Source: Perkinsus chesapeaki ATCC PRA-425
Lineage: Eukaryota > Protista > Perkinsozoa
NCBI GenBank assembly: GCA_013115145.1
Contig: JAAPAO010000033.1
Location: forward strand, 1 to 64,000
Length of the DNA: 64,000 nucleotides
Direction: 5' to 3'
Shown piece after piece: positions 22,574-36,576 of the stretch. The stretch's first letter is position 1, and each line of letters opens with the position of its first letter. The notes beneath the pieces are model-generated. The model saw only the letters and a program-made list of their open reading frames with translations. It was not told where the DNA came from and did not search any database. A program made the position numbers and the translations under genes.

Positions 22574-24407
22574 TTACGCACGAGGCATTCCTATAGATAA
22601 GTCAACAATAGCGTTACTCGTGCTATCGATGTTAGCACATAAAGATCGTAACTACACAAGTGATACAGCTATAGAATACTGGTAAATACATTACGAAGAC
22701 CTACACTCCTAGCCCATCCATCTACAGCATATCCTTCTGTATCTAATTCACTAAATAACATATATTGTGATAGTTGGTCTATTCTAGCCTGAATAATAAT
22801 ATATAAGAGAATGATGATGAATATTCTATTAACTACTCTCAGTCTATCTTCAGATATCATATTAGATGCTAATACCTCCACTTGAGATGGTGTAGTATCA
22901 AGTATATCAGCCAAACGAGATAATGATATATTATTGTAGAGATGGGATATGGCTACTATGTTATGCTCGGTAATAGCACGAGATAGTACAGTCATACCTA
23001 CAACATACTTCATCGGTTAAGCTTTTATAAACTACAGTATGTCGCATAGAAATAAATAGAGATGCTATATCTCGTACCATCAGATCCCAATGCTAGGTGA
23101 TGTTCACTTAGACCCTTCTCGAATTCCTGTAGCTCCTTAGGATAGATAACCCTCAAGTTCTTAATCTTTAAAAGAATATCCCATTCACTAGATGGAATAG
23201 ACTTCTCGCATCTATAGAAAGGTAAAACATGTATATAAATGGTTGTTCTTGGTTGTTCTTAGTACTTGGTATCACTTATTATCATTTGTAGAATACGTCT
23301 CTTCTTTAATCCTGCTGGGGCTAAGACAACACAACGTGCAGCACCCAAGAGGAGTTGTGATATGTCATCAGCCTCGATTGATGAGCTATAAGGACCAAGA
23401 GCTACTTCCAAGTATCTGATAATTATCAATTATAGCTCATCATCATAGCAGTAACATAAGGGCCATTTTCCTGAGGATTACTTATAGGCAGCATCCAGGA
23501 ACTTTCTCCTAGCATCGAATATCCTAGCTTGACATACTTTAAACCTTAACTGAAGCCCTACATCATCTTTACCTAGATCAGGTACCTAGACATAACCAGG
23601 ATAACTATAGTAACTAGAGGAGTAGTCTATTACTATCATAGCAGCTCGTGATATATACGATTCAGCGGATACGTCATCACCTCCCTCCAAGAATAGCTCT
23701 GCTATTTTAGTAAAATGCTCACATCGCGCAGCGATGCTACGAAGGCTTCTGAAAAGTCGTGCTTAAAGTAATAGTGTATCGGTGAACAGGGTACGGTGCT
23801 GGCCCAGATCCACCTCGACCATCTGAATCTATTTGACTCAATGCCTTGGCAGCTGCTATGAAATCACCATTTGCCTGGTGTATCTAACAAGAGCAAACTA
23901 AGCATCGATATTAATACATACACGATATACCTCAGAAAGGTTAACTCTGAGTTTAACTATTTCCTCTTCAACACCAGGTGGGCAACCGGTAGTGTGATGA
24001 GGTGAGTCAAGTGATGGAGGTGATACAGGTTGGGATGATGGATCTAATAACTCAAGCATGTGAACCTGACACACGCAATTCATTAATAAGATATGCCCTA
24101 ATGATTGGAGTACTGAGAATTCTTCCAAGGCATCATTAGGTAAATCAGATGTCAAATGGCACATAGAATGGATAACCGCTCTTGTAAAGTTTTGGTTATC
24201 ACCAGAGTTAGGGGAGGTAATAACCTATATATAAATGATGATATAAGATAGACACAAGATAGCCCTTATCACCATTCGAGCAACGTCCACCAGACGATCT
24301 ACATTATGAATCTCAGAATGGATTATATTATCAATAGCTGTTGTATTGGGGTATGCTTTATTGAGAGCACTAAGCAGTGTTTCCTCTGCAGATGAGGAGC
24401 TGCTCAT
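22574..24407 (-). CDS. COPS4: COP9 signalosome subunit 4 (PCI domain)
   Basis: LSRAITEHNIVAISHLYNNISLSRLADIL...LASNMISEDRL...RIDQ, then LRSLCANID. Confidence 0.85.
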
Positions 24408-24729
24408 AATAGTAAACACGAGTTGTTAAAAACTATGTTAGATGGTGGGATGCATCAGAATCATAGAGTCCTACCCACTTCACCACTGTGACAGAACTCA
24501 AGGGTTAAGTTGAAGAAAAATATTCAACCGATGCCACCATTTACTGTAGAAGATGATGATGATGACGATGGTGGTGGGGGTAATGGAGTAATGGTAATGC
24601 TAGAGTGTTTGATGTACATACTAATCACTTTATCATGAGCTCTTGATAGCCAAACAGGCCATAACTGTCTTGGTATCTTTAGAGGTAGCTGTTGAATACT
24701 ACAGGGAGCATAAAACCGCCTTGGCATTA

Positions 24730-27145
24730 AATTAAGGGTATAGTATACCTGAAGGAGAAGGAGTAGGAAAAAGACAGATAAAAATAATGAAGAAATGTAC
24801 ATGAGCGGGAGTTGTTCTGTCCAATCCCATCATGTTTATGTCATTACTTCCACCAGTGCCCTCGAGAAATGACGAGTCCTAAAATAAAAGATGGTGATGA
24901 TGATGTATCATACAAGTAGATTTAGTCTACTACTTCCTACCTCTGTTGTATCGAAGTCATCCGATTTCTGTGGGAAATTGAATATCGACATAATAGGTGT
25001 TGGATTATCAACCATAGGTTGTCCATTGATAAGGTTAGATGACGACGACGAGCTGGCTGATGATGATGAGTTTGCATTGTTGTTGTATTGGTTCATAGAG
25101 GAAGCATTAGCTGACAAGATGAGTACGGTAAGTGTGGATTAACTATTTGATATTATTATTATTGTGCTAGTACATCCATAGTATCCATAGTCTTGCATAG
25201 CACTCTCATTACTTCCGCGTGATGCCATCACGACAGTCTCATGTTCAGGTATCCCATCGATATTTGTACGACTTGTCCGGTGTTTAGCAGCCTCTAAACT
25301 CCTCTTATCTTCCAATATTAATTCACCCAATGACGATAATAATGTCCCTTTAAAAAGGCCAAGATATCACCACTATGTTTTCATCATACTAGGAGCAGGT
25401 ATCTTACATGTCATAGCTCTAACAGCATTACATGCTTCATTCGTTATTCCTCCTCGATAGGCAGTTGTACCATTTAACCTCTCATTAACAGTGTCCATAG
25501 TTATTGGTATCTTATTTGTATCTGATAGCCCCCTAGTACCTTATACATGAGGTTATGCTATATTGTATTACATTCCTCATTCTGCCCCTCTAAATACTGT
25601 AATGGTATAGCTAACCTTCGACGCTTATCAGTAGGGTCCGCTGGTAAGAGTACTGGCCTTCTCTTTTTCTTTTGTACTGTTCCTGCTGCTGGTCCTGTTA
25701 TTTTACCATTATCAATTGTACCCCCTCCCCTATCAGGTGACTGCTTCTCAGCATACCTAATTATTATTGATACGACAACACTAGAAGCAATAATCTTCAT
25801 AGGTATAATAAACTCACATAATCCTTAATAAAGCTTGTTCATATCCAAGATCAATACCAGCAAGTACTTTAACATCTCCACCATTACATACAGCTCGTGA
25901 TAGATGCTTTTCCTTTTCGACTGCATCCATAGGCATTGGACGACGGAGCATGTTACCTATCACATAACAATAATCAAGTGACTCAGATCATGTACAATAT
26001 GCTGCTTACTGGCAGCAATGCCTCCACGTGCGTTATCGCCAGATTGTGATGATATTGACGTTCTGGTAGTTCCTACTGGTTGAGGGGATGGAGGTGCACG
26101 TCCATAAGGCGAGGCGGCGGCGGCCTGAGCATGGCGAGTTGATGATGACGATGAAGTCATGTTTGCTTGGATAGCCGCTAGTGAGCTCACCCGCATCTGT
26201 CGCATATTAGCAGCAGCTGCCGCCGCTGCTGCAGCTGCTAACTGCCTAGGGGGCACTGATGGGCCTTGTAGTAAATTAACCGAGCGTAAGGCTGCTTGAA
26301 GTGCAGGCCTAATAAGTGAACTGCTAATATTATCTTAGTATACTACATACATTCCTATAATTGCTACCACTTCCTGTTGAATACTCTTATTTTGTGTAGT
26401 CCAATTAAGTCGATTAAGCTATAATAAAGTATAAGATTACCAATAGTATAATATAACAACTACCCTATTAAGCATATCTTGCTTTATTTCCCGAGTAGCT
26501 TGATGTGCAGATGATGCAACATACCCCTTTACCACTTGTTGTAGCATATCAATAGATACCGCTATTCGGTTACTTCCAACAGGTCTAGCTCCCCCTCCAC
26601 TAGTAGGAGCAACACCACCACCAGGGCCACCAACTGTTGATCGAGGTGTTGGTGGTCGAGGATTCTGCTGTTGATTTAAACTTGCTCGTCGAACGGCTTG
26701 TGCAGCTACTGCTGCCGCTGGTAAGCCTGAATGCGTTAGTATATTAGAGGTATGCTATAATGCCATACCACCGCCGCCACCGGCTGTGGCGGTAGTATTG
26801 TGATGTATCATCTGATTAGGATTAATTCCTTGCATAGCTGATACTTGATGACTTCCTCCTCCTGTTCCTGCTGCTGCTGATGTTGCTGCTGTGATAATCC
26901 CTGGATGCCCCATTCTTCCTGCCATGTTTCCAGTGGTAGTAGTTGGTGGTGTTGATGTTGGATGATGCATCGAGTACTGCATTCTTTGTTGTTGTTGATA
27001 CAAAGAAGGGTTTACAGATGATGCCTACCCAGAAATAAAGTACGTCGTTGCCCATAAAGACTGTGCTATCTTACAGCTTGTTGTGTTTGTTGTTGCTGAC
27101 GGTACTGCTGCTGCTGCTGTTGTTGATATTGTTGTTGCTGGCGAT

Positions 27146-27178
<33 letters not shown>

Positions 27179-27500
27179 GCTGTTGTTGCTGTTGTTGTTG
27201 CTGTTGTCCAAATTGTCCACTATTCGATGGTTGTTGAACAGAGCTTTGAGCAGGTGATGGCGTCCTTGATATCGTCCCTTTACTTAATTCTCGCTTTAAT
27301 GCTTCCATGGCATTGTCTAAGGCGCTGCTTCCCCCACCACCCAGAGGGTTACCCACATTAGACATCACCACAAACTAAGTAAACTGCTTAGTACTCTATC
27401 ATAAGTAGCTACTACTACCCTTCCGCTACCCTAATGACCGATCCCCAGCCTGAACAGGGGTGTAGACGATGAAACACAAGATATGACTGTCAGGCTTTAT
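24730..27500 (-). CDS. Gln/Ala/Ser-rich low-complexity protein (regulator-like), multi-exon; ends uncertain
   Basis: Chain of minus-strand exon-like frames (27066-27371, 26755-27003, 25960-26256, 25558-25800, 25139-25330, 24908-25117) with polyQ and a KKKRR basic patch. Confidence 0.45.
27078..27207 (-). repeat. (CAA/CAG)n microsatellite encoding polyglutamine
   Basis: Long (GTT/GCT)n tract on the + strand. Confidence 0.9.
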
Positions 27501-27643
27501 GACCAGCGTGAAGCGATATTTATAAGACAGACGAGTTTGACATAAAATAGAGCTACCCCAGAAAATGTGCGGGCAGGTAGTAGTATTAAGGGCCGTTTGG
27601 TGATGACCACCACCATCATCATCAGTGACAATGACGGGGATTA

Positions 27644-28869
27644 TTATGATGATACAGTTATAGAGGCACCGGCATTGTCATCCTTCTGATTTCGAGGAGT
27701 AAAGTATCTAATGATTATATAATGCCCTAGCAGCAGTAAAAATAATGAAGTAATACCGGAAGTCCATGAAAATCCCTAGAGCCAGCAACAGCGCCTTCCA
27801 TCGGGGATTCTCAACTTGCCCAAATGTAACCCAATAGTTATCTTGCTCCTGAATAAGAATGAATAATGAATAATAGCAGCCCCCCATCTCACCTTAAAAC
27901 ATATTGGGCAGCAATCTCCCCACATCCAATACTTGTCTATTTTACCAACCTCTGATTTATTCCTGTAATGAATATCTTATAGTACTACTGAGGTGGTAGT
28001 AGTAGGCTATACAATACTTACATAGAGTCGGTTAATTCTACACCAATATGTTGACATGGCCCACAGGGTAAAGGGCAACACATCCCCCATTGGCAGCATC
28101 CACCTTCTCCTGTAATAACATCATTACCTGCTGCATCTTTAATCTTAAAAGTTAGGTCACAGCAAGCATAAGGATCATGTAATGTACCCAGTAACCTAAA
28201 GAGAGACGGGTTAAGAGAATGCAGGTACTGGAACAACTGCTTACTGATCAGTTGATGTTTCAGTTACATAGGCTACAGGACGATTAGCACACAGGCAGGT
28301 ACAGGAGCATGGACGATGTACAGTAAGCCAATGGATCAGATCACCATGTATTCTAAATAAACAATAAGTAGTCGTAGATGACATGTAGTTGACGGTGGTC
28401 ACCCTTTAGAGCCAAGGACGTAAATATGTAGATCCCAAGGAGCACAGTCCGCTGGGTAACAGTTCCTCTCACAGAAGTTAGATTCCTCTACTGCATAGAA
28501 TACCTCACGTCCATATTCATCTTTAATAATATATCTAATATCGACGATGGCAAGCCATATCATTAAAGTAGTATCTACTTATTGCGTTGGTCAAAACCAG
28601 TGATGGCCTCTATCATTTGACGTAGCTCTCTAATTTGTACCTTCAAAGGACACTTCACCGCATACAAGTCGTCCTTACACTATCGTTACCTTCCTTAATC
28701 CAGCTACAACTTGCATACCATCAACAACATTTGCTTGGGCTATAACTGGCATTGGATTCCCTACAAGTGTTGCCATTTGGACCTATCAATATCATATTAC
28801 TTCATGTACCATGATGAGCGCTAAGCTTACCTGACCTGGTGGCTGAATCTGAGGATTAGGATACTGCAT
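27644..28869 (-). CDS. Phospholipid scramblase (PLSCR/LOR family)
   Basis: EVFYAVEESNFCERNC, HRPCSCTCLC, CCDLTFKIKD, EVGKIDKYW, YWVTFGQV...KALLL. Pro/Gln-rich N-terminus. Confidence 0.85.
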
Positions 28870-28974
28870 GATATTATTGCGTAAACTTCAACAACAAATG
28901 TACTATTTAATATCTACGTAAAGGGTAAAACTAAAGAACATATCATGCACAGAAACAACAAGCTGAAACATTGA

Positions 28975-29482
28975 TTAGTTCAACAACATGCATGGGTAAA
29001 GGAATTGATATGAAAGGTGCTCTATTATTTACAAGCTGTCATCATCATCGTCTTTAGTGGTTTAGAGGAGCTCACTAGTGTTTCAGCATCACCTTCTGTT
29101 GCTGCAGCTACTTGATGAAGGTTATTGGAGAACCTACCATGAATATACTAAAGGACAATAAGCATGTAATAAAGTACTTCTCAGATAGGTCAACAGCTTC
29201 GAATCCCATAGCACGACAGAGACCGACTAAACGTTCTTTAGCACCGGTAGACTTCAAAGCTTTCATTTTCACTAGGACAGTGGGGCCAAGGATCTACATA
29301 ATGCAGTTCATACTAGTTCCCAACTAGCATCCGCAGCACGGGCATCCTCCTCCTGCTGCTTACATCCCCTAATGATAGGCGTGCCTCTGGTATCTTATGA
29401 TATCCTGATTGAATTATCAATGTACAAAGTGATAGGAAATCTGATGGTAGTAGATGGTTAGCCTGTCGTATTGCAACTTGGC
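28975..29482 (-). CDS. Small hypothetical protein
   Basis: Exon-like frames GCKQQEEDARAADASWEL and ILGPTVLVKMKALKSTGAKERLVGLCRAMGFEAVDLSE with GT-AG borders. Confidence 0.25.
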
Positions 29483-29719
29483 ATATTAGATGACATAGCT
29501 CTGAAAAAAAGGATATTTTGCTCAGAGGGCTAAACTCTCAGAGAGCTTGGTGCTATTCAAGAAGATCCGTACTATCTCACCCCATGATACACGTAGTATT
29601 CAAAGTATATCAATTGAGGCTCAAATCAAACGTCACGATTAAAGCCTTCGTATCTACTTCACGTCACACGCTCCACTAGAAAGGTCAAGGCGGAGCACAT
29701 GCCACGACGCTCCCTCTTC

Positions 29720-32700
29720 CTGTCTAGTTCACGCATTCTGGAGAGCTTTGCTTATCATACTAGTGTCCCCCCTTCAACAAACAATCCCCAGTATACTTGT
29801 GTCATTTTCTTGTGTCCTTGCATTCCCTACTCCTTTCATCTGGCATAATAATGACAGCACACGACAGAGTAGTTTAGCTGTGTGAACATCTCCTTCAAAG
29901 CTGTTGTTAATACTATCCAATGCTCCAACAACCTCTAGGGCTCTATGAGCTAATCGTTCTATATGCATGGGGTAGGATGTAACCAGTGGTGTATATCGTG
30001 CCTGATTAGAACATTCCTGCATAATACCATGAATACCATATACCACTAATACCAGTAATGATAACTCTGTTATTCCCAATAGCTCAATAGATATACCTTC
30101 AAGTAGAGTACATACCAGCTTATCAGCTGCCTCTAGGCAATAGCAGCATCGTCCATGTAAATGATGTATAAGGTAGACTGCAGCCTTCTGATATGCTTGT
30201 GGTAGCCTTTTATCGTCTATGGAGCTGATGCTGCTGCCTACTTGGCCTTGATCGATACGCTTTTGAATAGTTTCACAAATGGTTGATGACACTCTACCAT
30301 AACCAACAACAGCATCTATAAGGTCCGTATCCTCTATATCATCATCATCATCAGCAGCCTATGCAGAATTATGAATTACCAAAACCTTGTTGAACATGGC
30401 AGTAGCTCGTACCTCTAGGGATTCACACAGTGCTGCTGCTGCTGCATCCTTAATAGCAAGTAATGCACCTCTTGGGAAGCCTTCCTTTGCATCAGCTGCT
30501 GATATTAATATATTAGATACCTATTAGATAGACCTCGGTATTCTATTACAATAGCCAGTGCAGGTGGTATTATGAGTTCCTACTTCCCTATTCCCTTCAA
30601 CACCTGCAGTTATCCCTATTCGTACATAGTCATCTATTTTACACAGGTTATTATCGAGACGTTGTACAATATGATTTGCAATACACCTTCTAACTGTATT
30701 GGAAGGTATATTACCAAGTATACCAGCTAAGGACTAAAGGATGAAGATTAGTGATAGCTAAGTTAGTCGGTGCTGTTGTTGTAACCTACCTCAATTGTTG
30801 TTGTAGTTAATTTACGTTGTAGATGGATAGTAGCCAATGACACTAGACTAGGCCTATCCTGCTGTAATGCGGGTAAGGTCTCTGCGGCATATATAGTACC
30901 TGTAAAAGGTGACAATACTATTAGTAGTATTATATATTAGGTTTATCTATATATCAATAAATATATCTAATATATTTGATATCCACCTACTCTATGCCCT
31001 GTACCAAAAGGGCCGTCTAAATACTTACTCGCTAAGGCACTGGATGTTTGATTTCTAACACCACGTATTGATGTACTCGCCATACGCCTCAATAAAGTAT
31101 CGATAGCCACTCTCGCTTCAGTAGGAGCATTATCCTAAGTAGTATACAATACTCATCAATGCATCCATGGTAGTAGTAGTAGTAGTACTGAGGCCAGGCC
31201 AAGGTTCAGCATTAAACTAGGTACCATCTCAGCTTGTAATAAGGGAAGGTGTTCTCCTAAAGCCATCGCTAGGGACGTTATCTACAATAACATAACGCGT
31301 AACGTGAGTAGGAGACTAAGTGTAACACACTTACCGCGGCACCTGAAGGCTTCCACCAGTTATTGAACTTATGAAGTTTCCCTAATGCTGCTGTTGTTAT
31401 AGATATTTGTTCAACTTCCATAAGAGATATCCGAGCACAAAGAGAAGAGCATGCAGCTGAGCAGCAAGGACAAAGTGCTTCATAAGGACGAAGAAGAAGG
31501 GAAGACGAACTTACCTTCAAGTACAGCCTGGTGTGGAGAGGGTGATGTTAATGGTTGAGGCATTAATGGTAATAAATTAACATATCTATAAAGTGAAGAT
31601 TGCTTGTTGGATGTGTTATGCTGCTGCCATGTCCTTACGAGCGGAATATCGTTGGTATATCCACGAGCCTTACAGATTCCATCTGATATGTCAATTCCCT
31701 ATGAAAGTTGATAACACATTATGTTAAATGTCACCACCATACCTGCTAACTGAGATCAAAGCTTCCTCATTTGTTATCTTAAGCTTAGCCATTGCTCCAA
31801 GGCATTCAGTGACTGATCTAATAAACCATATGAGAATGCTCAACAACAACAATAACCCTACCTAACATTTGATGTTGGTATCGTCTTTGATATCATTTGA
31901 ACTAGCCTTGTCAGCTCAGGTCTGCATAACGTACCACACTAAAGATGAACTGTGAATTAAAGTCTGTGATATAATAGAACATCCTCAACAGTTACCTCTT
32001 CACTAAAGGCAGATGCAGCCTTGAGTAGATATGCTATATCAACACCTTGTAAACGATGGATATCACGATGGCACACAGCACTATATAACACTTTAACCTA
32101 AAGACCACACTATGTAAAATAAGGGTAGTAACACTTGGTCTCACATCATTGGTATTAGCTGGCCAATGCTTAGCTATCCATAATGTACCAAATAATATAC
32201 CTACCGTATATGAAGGCTTCATCTCATTAGCCATATCTGCTGCTGCCGCAATAGCCTTGTTAAACCTAAAGCATAAGTTAGACTTCCTACGATACCCTTA
32301 TTGTCCTCTTACAATTCTTTATTATTAACCCTCAACCTAGCTGCAGTATGTATAGTATATGCTAGCTCCTTAGGTGGCTGATCTTCTACTTTCTGGTAGA
32401 GGAACTGCATTGGTATCTGATGATGATGATGACATAGATAACACTACCGTAATCCGGTCAGATCTTCTATCTACCCTCGCAGGATTAACACCAGTCTCAA
32501 TATGGTCCATGAACTCTAGCTTGTATAAGTCCTTTTTACTCTGCCTTCTAGGTGCAAAATGCCTAACACCTTTACGTCTGATACTCGAGACCGTCTTACT
32601 GCGACCAAGAAGGATAAGCATGCTTCATGTAGTAAAAACCTTATAGACCGCGGGGTCACTTCCCGAATTAAATGAAATACTAACTCGGTAACCTTGCGAA

Positions 32701-32817
32701 TTGGGGAGCATTGAAAGCTTTCCAGCCCATGATACTGGGTGCGCATGGTAGTGTATACTGCAGGCTAGTACGCTCAGTACTACTATTACGGTACAAGTGA
32801 GGCAAAAGCTATCATGA
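29720..32817 (-). CDS. Helical-repeat protein, possibly organellar RNA-binding (HPR/OPR-like); boundaries approximate
   Basis: Many short exons with amphipathic repeats (ECLGAMAKLKITNEEAL; ITTAALGKLH; ITSLAMALGEHL) and a basic Ser/Arg-rich N-terminus. Confidence 0.4.
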
Positions 32818-33259
32818 CAGGTAATCATACAGCCATTAATGTGCGAGACTGTCTAAATTGTGGCTCATTAAAAACCCCGGGGGGGGGCGGAGCGCACCCC
32901 CACGAGGGTAAAAGTTGCTCTGCTATATGTTGTAGCTTTCGCGACTCGAGGAATAAAAGAAGAAAACTTGATATTCCCTGAAGCTCAACTTTTTCAACTG
33001 TTAAAAGAAGGAATGTCGAATATCCCCTACATGAGTAGGGGGCAGTGCACCATGAAAAGTGCCCAGAGGGGTGGCTGCTGCTGCTGTCTCCTACTATGTT
33101 CAGTCATCCAGCTAAAATACGATATCCACCCCACAGTGTATGGTATGCACAATATTTAGATACTAACTCGATGGGTTTTAGGATATTATAACACTAGAAA
33201 TGTTACTAAGGTATAGTACTGTATTATTATCATGCATGGTATTATTATTGACGGTAAGA

Positions 33260-34198
33260 CTATAGATGCTTTGTTGAAGATGTCATCATCTCAATAACCG
33301 AATCCTCTTTATTATCTTCTATAACCCAGCTTACACCATCCCCAACAGGTCTAGACTTAACATTATGATGTGGTATAAACCACCATACCACACTCGACCC
33401 CATAACTTGCTCGATATTCCTTCTCCTACCAATATCATATTTAGATCGTTTACTTAGTCGAGATGACGATGATGATGATGATGTGCTCTGCCGCCGCTTC
33501 CCTCCTACCGTTTCCCCATTATCTAAATTCTCTATAGTAGTGCTATTATCCATAACCAGACCCAAATGGAACTTTATAAAATTAGTTAAAGTAGCCATGA
33601 AGAATATTGCAATGATATAACTAAGTAATATAAAAACATCGCCTACGTCTAATAGTCTAATATCAATTATAATGACCTCTCTTAAATGAATATATAATGG
33701 ATATATACCAGTAATAATATAGAGTAATAATGTAGCATATACATATAATAATAACTGTATAAAGAACTTCCTATTATAGAAACCAACACAGTTATTTATC
33801 CATGGGCAATGATGATCCATATTAAGATTACATCTATTACATATACTACAGTGGTGTGTTCTCTCAGGCTTCCATACATTACACATTTTGCAGTATCGCC
33901 GTCTCTTACTCTCCTCACCTATATGAAATCCCCAGTATAATGGTACTGTTCCTGGATCAGTAGTAACAGCCATATATAAAGACCATAATACCATTAAAGT
34001 TAATATATGAAATAATATTAATATAACCTTAGCTGATAGAGATGGTAATAGTGGAAGCCATGACAAGAATACAAATCCAATATACTCCAGGGATATAAAA
34101 CATATAACAACTAATACAAACCATAGACCATAATCATTATTAGGTTTATTAGAACGATTATAGGACTCAGCTAGTAGTAGATGTGAAGTGTCATACAT
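33260..34198 (-). CDS. DHHC palmitoyl acyltransferase, intronless, 312 aa
   Basis: TDPGTVP, YCKMCNVWKPERTHHCSICNRCNLNMDHHCPWINNCVGFYNRKFF, NSTTIENL, YDIG..RNIEQVMG. Four TM segments. Confidence 0.95.
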   Translation of the reverse strand: MYDTSHLLLAESYNRSNKPNNDYGLWFVLVVICFISLEYIGFVFLSWLPLLPSLSAKVILILFHILTLMVLWSLYMAVTTDPGTVPLYWGFHIGEESKRRRYCKMCNVWKPERTHHCSICNRCNLNMDHHCPWINNCVGFYNRKFFIQLLLYVYATLLLYIITGIYPLYIHLREVIIIDIRLLDVGDVFILLSYIIAIFFMATLTNFIKFHLGLVMDNSTTIENLDNGETVGGKRRQSTSSSSSSSRLSKRSKYDIGRRRNIEQVMGSSVVWWFIPHHNVKSRPVGDGVSWVIEDNKEDSVIEMMTSSTKHL

Positions 34199-34375
34199 GC
34201 TAATGTGAAGTAGAAGGAGGAGGAGGAAGAGTAACGATAAAAGATAGTGAAATGATGACTAACTAAGGATAGCTGCTATCTGATAATAATAATAATAACT
34301 CATAACTGGTGTAGTAGCAGCTCAATCCGGATAGATTATCAATGAAACGTGACACACAAGAGCAAGTACTAATGC

Positions 34376-36339
34376 CTATTGTAGCCCATGGCTGCTGCTG
34401 TTGTTGTTGTCATCATCATCAGTCATCTCCATACTATTACGACCATCGACATGTCCGAATATCATTTGTTGTGCTTTTTGTGAAGTAACGATACAGGATA
34501 CTAGTTCGATACTGGCGGATAGCTGGATGACGATGAAGAGTAATAGTATAACTACTCGTTTACTCTCCTCATTACTTACCCCATCCTGAGCAGCACTTCC
34601 TAAGGCTATACATTGCTGGGATGTTGGGCATATGAGAGATGATGATGAGGAAGACGAGGAAGCAGGCTCTAAATTACTTGATATAATTACGCTAATTGTT
34701 CATGTATACCATTTTGTAGCTCAATATTCCTCCTTTGATGTCGTCCTTTAGGCCCTCTACCAGCTAATGGTACAGCTATAGATCCTGATGATGATGATGA
34801 TTTATGTTTCTTTGAGTGTCTCTCCCCTCCAGGCTTTTGTCCATTATCCATTGACCTATATAATATACCACATACCCTATATCTATAATATATTACCCAT
34901 GGTCCCCGCCTTGTTCCTCTATCCCCCCACCAATATCACTATGCTGGTGTTGCTGTTGTTCAGTTGTTGTTATATCCTTAGATGTTGATGATGCTCCTGC
35001 TATACGTCCTCTATCTGCAGTTATCTCTTCAAGACTAGCAGCCGTCTTAGCCCCAGCATCTGCTACCAACTTACGCAAGTACCTATAATATAATATACCA
35101 TCCCGTGGTAGTTCCCAATCATTACGGTAATTGTTGGTCTGCTGTTGTTGTTGTTGTCGTTGAGGAGAAGCCTTGCCCCTGACCCTCAGTATGGTATGAT
35201 AAAGGTGCTGAGCATAATAATGATACCCAACTAGAATTGGATAATTTCGAAAGTATAAGGTTATCCAATGGCGATTTTAAATATTCTACCTAAAACTATA
35301 CAGTAATATAACCACACGTATAACTACTACTAACCTGTAGTGCATAATAGCTATTAGCATGTGCACCAAAGTCCTGTACTTTATCCAATGGTATATTACC
35401 CACAACCCTAGCAGCACCATCAGCTGCTGTACCACTAGGAGCAGATGAGCTTTTCTCATATGTTCGAAATGCTCCTAATACACATTAATCCCTATCCTCC
35501 TTTAACTACTACCTATCTCTATTCTCCTCTGTGATGTTGTCTTCACTGGGTCTATAACTACAGCCACAAATGGTTCATTAGCTCTCTGATATAATCGTTG
35601 TGTTTCAACATCTGTATAAAGTCATAGCTTACAGGGCGATAATGGTAGTAGTAGTATCATCATTATTATAGTGTACCTACCTATTCCTGATAGCCAACAT
35701 CCATATCCTGGATGACTATGATACCATCCAACTACATTATCATTAGATACTTGTGTCTCATTAGATTCCACAAAATTTATCATAAACTCATTTGCAGCAG
35801 CACCAGCATTCACACTAACAATACAGCAGCAGCATCATCGCTTCAAAGATAGCAAAGCACATTATGTATATTACCGAGTTTCAGTGCCTTCAACAGGTAA
35901 AGGGAATGCATCAGTAATAATAAAGTCATTACCAACAATACGGCCCTATATACAATTATTTCTCCTGTATACCTCCCTAACTCCTATTACCTGCATTAAC
36001 CCCATAACTTCTATATCCCCACCAGATGCAACATGTGTAACCATCTTAACTACAGCATTAGCTGTTATTCTAGCCTAATAACCAATACACTTCCTACCGT
36101 AACTGTCATACTACCTTCTTAAAAAAATTAGGATCACTTTTCCAAGGCTTGGTAGTATGAAGCCTCTCTTGTTCATCAACAGATACAGGAGCATACCTGG
36201 ATGAGTGATGGACAGTATTTATCTATAGATATCACTGCTACACATCCTGCAAGTCCTTTGCTAGAGCTCTATTGTCCCCTATCCCTTTGCATAGACCCTC
36301 AAAGTGAGTATGACACTGCGAAGTATTAATAGTTGCCAT
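34376..36339 (-). CDS. COPS5: COP9 signalosome subunit 5 (JAMM/MPN+ deneddylase)
   Basis: [62 protein letters not shown]. Confidence 0.9.
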
Positions 36340-36576
36340 AGCCAAGCCAGAGAGGGCCAATGATGATGCTGTTGCTGTAGGGTTATTAAGGCATTACGAC
36401 TTGGTACGCGACAACAGACAGAAGAAGGAAAGTATATTAACAATAGGCACGAGAAATAGCAGAGAATTAGTGGTATACCCTGTGAAGATAAATTGATTAG
36501 ATCATCATCATTATGGAAATTATGGTGACAGCATGGTGTAGGGTAACGGAGCAACATCTTCAATAGAGAAAGAAGC

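Noticed and set aside
32874-32915. C4-G9 run with a GGGGG/CCCCC hairpin as a G-quadruplex or element end
   Set aside because: A single G-run with no partner TIR or TSD. Most simply a GC-rich upstream region.
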